Assembly: GCA_024644595.1 (NCBI GenBank)
Contig: JAHEHL010000002.1
Location: forward strand, 15,741-79,740
Direction of reading: 5' to 3'
Length of the DNA stretch: 64,000 nt
Source: Porticoccaceae bacterium
GTDB lineage: Bacteria > Pseudomonadota > Gammaproteobacteria > Pseudomonadales > Porticoccaceae
Shown: positions 60,899-64,000 of the stretch, in pieces
Numbering within the stretch: position 1 is the first letter of the stretch
Layout of the letters: every line of letters starts with the position of its first letter
The notes under the pieces: generated by a model
What the model was told of the DNA's origin: nothing
Databases searched by the model: none
The model's input: only the letters and a program-made list of their open reading frames with translations
Program-made: the position numbers and the translations under genes

Positions 60899-61432
60899 AT
60901 GAATCAGCCCAAGCAAGCAGTCACCGACGCCGCCAGACAGATAAAACTGCTGCTGCTGGATGTCGATGGCGTGCTCACTGACGGACGCCTCTACTACGGC
61001 AATAACGGTGAGGAGTTAAAAGCCTTTGATATTCAGGACGGGCTCGGCATCAAGCTGCTGCAGCGCGCTGGCGTGCAGGTCGGCATTATTACCGGCCGGG
61101 TATCAGCACTGCTGCAACGCCGCGCTGACGAGCTGGGCATGCAACCGGTCGTTCAAGGGCGTGAAGACAAACTCACCGCACTTCACGAACTGCTGCAAAC
61201 CTTGCCTGTGGAGATGCATGAGATTGCCTTTATCGGCGATGATCTGCCAGATCTAGCCGTGATCAATCGCGTTGGTCTCGGCATCACCGTTGCCAATGGC
61301 AATGCCGCTGTCGCTGCCTCGGCACTGTGGCAAACCAGCCGCAACGGTGGCAATGGTGCCGTTCGCGAAGCAGCGGAAATGATTCTCTCTGCGCAGGGTA
61401 AACTCGATGATGCACTGGCGGCCTATCAATGA
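60899..61432 (+). CDS. kdsC: 3-deoxy-D-manno-octulosonate 8-phosphate phosphatase KdsC
   Basis: ORF 60887..61432 (GTG start). The ATG at 60899, with GGAGAG 5 nt upstream, is preferred. HAD motif LLLLDVDGVLTDG. Confidence 0.9.
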   Translation: MNQPKQAVTDAARQIKLLLLDVDGVLTDGRLYYGNNGEELKAFDIQDGLGIKLLQRAGVQVGIITGRVSALLQRRADELGMQPVVQGREDKLTALHELLQTLPVEMHEIAFIGDDLPDLAVINRVGLGITVANGNAAVAASALWQTSRNGGNGAVREAAEMILSAQGKLDDALAAYQ

Positions 61433-61986
61433 TTCGACAGGGTCTTGTGATTGTTGTACTGGCCTTAATGGCCGGTGGATTTCTGCTGGTGTGGGACTCG
61501 CCACCAGAATCATTTATTCGCCAGACCACTAGTCCGACCGATGAAACCCCTCAAGCTGACAGCTATATGACCGCAGTCACCAGCCGCCGCTTTTCAGTAT
61601 TGGGTAATCAGCAGTTCAGTCTCAGTTCACCGCGAATTAATTTCTATGAGGGCCAGTCGACGCTGACCTTGGAGCAGCCGCAGTTTGTGAGCAACGGTGA
61701 TATTCGTTACCCCTTGCAGCTGAGCGCAGACCGCGGTGAGCTCGACAACGACAAACTCGACCTGCGGGGCACTGTCCGTGCCGAAATTACGACTGAAGAG
61801 GGTCCGGCACTGCTGACCACCGAACAGTTGAGCTATCTTATCGAAAGCGCTGTCGCCTCGACCGAGCAACCCTTCACGCTGACGCAGCCAAAGACTAACG
61901 TCTCCGGCACCGGCCTTAAAGCCGACTTGCGCAACGAAACCTTTGCCATCCAATCCAGAGTCAGGGTTACCCATGAACCGCAGTAG
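61429..61986 (+). CDS. lptC: LPS export system protein LptC
   Basis: 185-aa ORF with an N-terminal TM anchor followed by a beta-jellyroll domain. ATGA overlap with kdsC. In the canonical position. Confidence 0.85.
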   Translation: MIRQGLVIVVLALMAGGFLLVWDSPPESFIRQTTSPTDETPQADSYMTAVTSRRFSVLGNQQFSLSSPRINFYEGQSTLTLEQPQFVSNGDIRYPLQLSADRGELDNDKLDLRGTVRAEITTEEGPALLTTEQLSYLIESAVASTEQPFTLTQPKTNVSGTGLKADLRNETFAIQSRVRVTHEPQ

Positions 61987-62545
61987 ACCAAACCTCCCCG
62001 AGCTTCAATATTCGCTTTTAGCGTTACTGATGAGCATCCTCGCCGTTCTATTGCCAACGACGGCACTGGCACTGCCTGATGACCGCCGGCAGCCCATCTC
62101 TATCGAGTCTGATTATGCCGAGCGCAACGACCAAACAGGACAGACTGTCTACCGTGGCAATGTAGTGATCAGTCAGGGCAGCGTGTTGATCGAAGCCGAG
62201 CAAATTATTCTGCATTTTGAAAACAGCAAAGTCGTTCGCATCGAATGCGACGGCAAGCCGGCCAGCTATCAACAGACACCCGAGATCAACGCCCCAGTGA
62301 TGATTGCCCGCGCCGATCATATCGATTATCTGCCCGCCGACAACAGCATTGCCCTCAAAAGCAAAGCCATGCTCTCTCGTGACGGTACTATTATTCGTGG
62401 CGATTCCATCGATTACGATATCGACAAGCAAACTTGGAAAGCCAAGGGCAGCGATCTCGGCGAACAAAAGCGTATTCAGCTGGTGATCCCACCCTCTGCA
62501 CTGCAGACCGATAGCGAAACCCCGACCGAGGAGACCACGCTCTGA
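61973..62545 (+). CDS. lptA: LPS transport periplasmic protein LptA
   Basis: ORF 61943..62545 trimmed to [33 protein letters not shown] (signal peptide). OstA-like domain ([30 protein letters not shown]). Confidence 0.88.
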   Translation: MNRSRPNLPELQYSLLALLMSILAVLLPTTALALPDDRRQPISIESDYAERNDQTGQTVYRGNVVISQGSVLIEAEQIILHFENSKVVRIECDGKPASYQQTPEINAPVMIARADHIDYLPADNSIALKSKAMLSRDGTIIRGDSIDYDIDKQTWKAKGSDLGEQKRIQLVIPPSALQTDSETPTEETTL

Positions 62546-63270
62546 TGTCAACTTTACAAGCGCGCAATTTAGCCAAAGCGTATGGCAAGCGACCAGTGGT
62601 TAAAGATGTCTCCATGTCGGTCAAGCAAGGTGAAATTGTTGGCCTGCTGGGCCCCAATGGCGCCGGCAAGACCACCTGTTTTTATATGATTATCGGCCTG
62701 GTCGCTCAGGACAGTGGCTCGATCACTATTGATGGCGACGACATTACCGACCTGCCAATGCACGGCCGCGCACGTCGCGGACTGGGTTATTTACCCCAGG
62801 AACCCTCAGTGTTTCGCAAGCTCAGTGTCGAGGACAATATTCTCGCCATTCTTGAAACCCGAAAAGAACTCAACCGCAACCAGCGCATCCAGCGCGCAGA
62901 AGAACTTATGCGCGAATTCCATGTTTCACATCTGGCCAAAAATCAAGGCATCAGCCTCTCTGGGGGCGAGCGACGACGGGTTGAGATCGCTCGGGCATTG
63001 GCCGCTAATCCACAGTTCATTCTGCTTGATGAACCCTTTGCCGGTGTCGACCCAATCTCGGTAACCGATATCAAAATGATTATCCGCCATCTGCGCGATA
63101 GTGGTATCGGCGTCCTGATCACCGATCACAATGTTCGTGAAACTCTGGATATCTGTGAGCACGCCTACATTATTGGCGAAGGCCATGTGATCGCCGAAGG
63201 TACCACCGCTGATATTCTCAATAATAGCAACGTGCGGAAAACCTATCTGGGTGAAAATTTCACCCTCTAA
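62545..63270 (+). CDS. lptB: LPS export ABC transporter ATP-binding protein LptB
   Basis: 241-aa [27 protein letters not shown] and [12 protein letters not shown] motifs. Confidence 0.96.
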   Translation: MSTLQARNLAKAYGKRPVVKDVSMSVKQGEIVGLLGPNGAGKTTCFYMIIGLVAQDSGSITIDGDDITDLPMHGRARRGLGYLPQEPSVFRKLSVEDNILAILETRKELNRNQRIQRAEELMREFHVSHLAKNQGISLSGGERRRVEIARALAANPQFILLDEPFAGVDPISVTDIKMIIRHLRDSGIGVLITDHNVRETLDICEHAYIIGEGHVIAEGTTADILNNSNVRKTYLGENFTL

Positions 63271-63376
63271 AGACAGGCTGGTCGCAGTAATCAACCCTTC
63301 AGGTGAATCGTCGATTGCCAGCAGCAATGAATTGGCACTAAAATTGCACTTCAAATTTTAATAATAACTCTCTGCT

Positions 63377-64000
63377 ATGCGCCAAGGCCTTCAGCTTAAG
63401 ATTAGCCAACAACTGACGATGACTCCTCAGCTGCAGCAGGCTATTAAGCTATTGCAGCTCTCAACTCTGGATTTGCGTCAGGAGATGATCGAACAGCTCT
63501 ATAGCAACCCGCTGTTGGAAATTGACGAAGATAACGAGCCCGCCACCAGCGGCGACGTCAACCAGACCACCAGTGAGAGCCACCAGGTCCAGCAAGCAGA
63601 ACAAAACAGCGAACAGACACCAGAGTATGAGTGGAACGACGAGATCCCAAAAGATCTGCCGGTCGACGCCAACTGGGACGATGTCTACAGCCCCCCCAGC
63701 GCAACAGCTGGCACTGGCGGCGAGGTCAATCTGGAGCAGGTCTATCAGGTTACCGAATCCTTTCAGGGCCATCTCGAATGGCAACTCAACCTGACACCGT
63801 TCTCTGATCGTGACCGGGAAATCGCCAACGCCTTTATCGACGCCATCGACAGCACCGGTTTTATTTCGGCCGAACTGACTGACATCACCGCTCACATTAA
63901 TTACGACGATCCTGAAGATGACCTACATGAAGACGAACTACTGGCAGTATTGCACCGACTTCAACAGTTCGACCCGCCGGGCGTCTTTGCCCGCAGCATC
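63377..64000 (+). CDS. rpoN: RNA polymerase sigma-54 factor (partial; continues past the right window edge)
   Basis: Not in the ORF track because no stop lies in the window. My own translation from the ATG at 63377 is MRQGLQLKISQQLTMTPQLQQAIKLLQLSTLDLRQEMIEQL..., the canonical RpoN region I. Lies downstream of lptB. Confidence 0.93.
   Translation, partial: MRQGLQLKISQQLTMTPQLQQAIKLLQLSTLDLRQEMIEQLYSNPLLEIDEDNEPATSGDVNQTTSESHQVQQAEQNSEQTPEYEWNDEIPKDLPVDANWDDVYSPPSATAGTGGEVNLEQVYQVTESFQGHLEWQLNLTPFSDRDREIANAFIDAIDSTGFISAELTDITAHINYDDPEDDLHEDELLAVLHRLQQFDPPGVFARSI

Overview
This window looks like a gammaproteobacterial chromosome segment. The gene order (murA-hisG-hisD-hisC next to a DegS/AlgW-type protease, then kdsD-kdsC-lptC-lptA-lptB-rpoN) resembles Pseudomonadales/Oceanospirillales-type genomes, but that is an inference from synteny, not a database hit. 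I call about 62 protein genes, 2 tRNAs, several hairpin terminators and one clear sigma70 promoter. Positions 1-29.4 kb hold metabolism and transport genes: a partial GluP-like MFS transporter, a two-subunit molybdenum hydroxylase with XdhC and MocA maturation genes, a TetR regulator with fused isobutyryl-CoA mutase IcmF, an orphan Hsp70-like ATPase, an MFS/TauD pair, DUF2256, PhnA, an aldolase, an acyl-CoA dehydrogenase, AzlCD, an SDR, a bactofilin, an ABC-F protein, an ABC exporter, an M6 InhA-like metalloprotease, a GST and a saccharopine-dehydrogenase-like protein. Positions 29.4-30.8 kb are a decayed FecR-type remnant. Positions 30.8-39.8 kb carry the conserved pnp-rpsO-truB-rbfA-infB-nusA-rimP-tRNA-fMet block, and 45.5-64 kb carry tRNA-Leu(GAG)-secG-tpiA-glmM-folP-ftsH-rlmE, yhbY, the his genes, murA, ibaG, an orphan mlaC, yrbG and the kds/lpt/rpoN genes. 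The one clearly accessory stretch is about 40.7-45.5 kb, wedged between djlA and tRNA-Leu. It holds an 818-aa multidomain secreted protein ending in a Cys-containing C-terminal sorting-signal-like tail. This gene is divergently paired with a minimal 138-aa CPBP intramembrane protease in a very AT-rich segment. Next comes a collagen-like (51 Gly-X-Y triplets) protein whose frame stays open for 115 more codons past an in-frame TAA. A 14-bp duplication of the tRNA-Leu 3' end lies at the island edge. I consider this a candidate dedicated surface-sorting and display module and the best candidate for something undescribed. All functional calls rest on motif recognition by eye; no searches were run.
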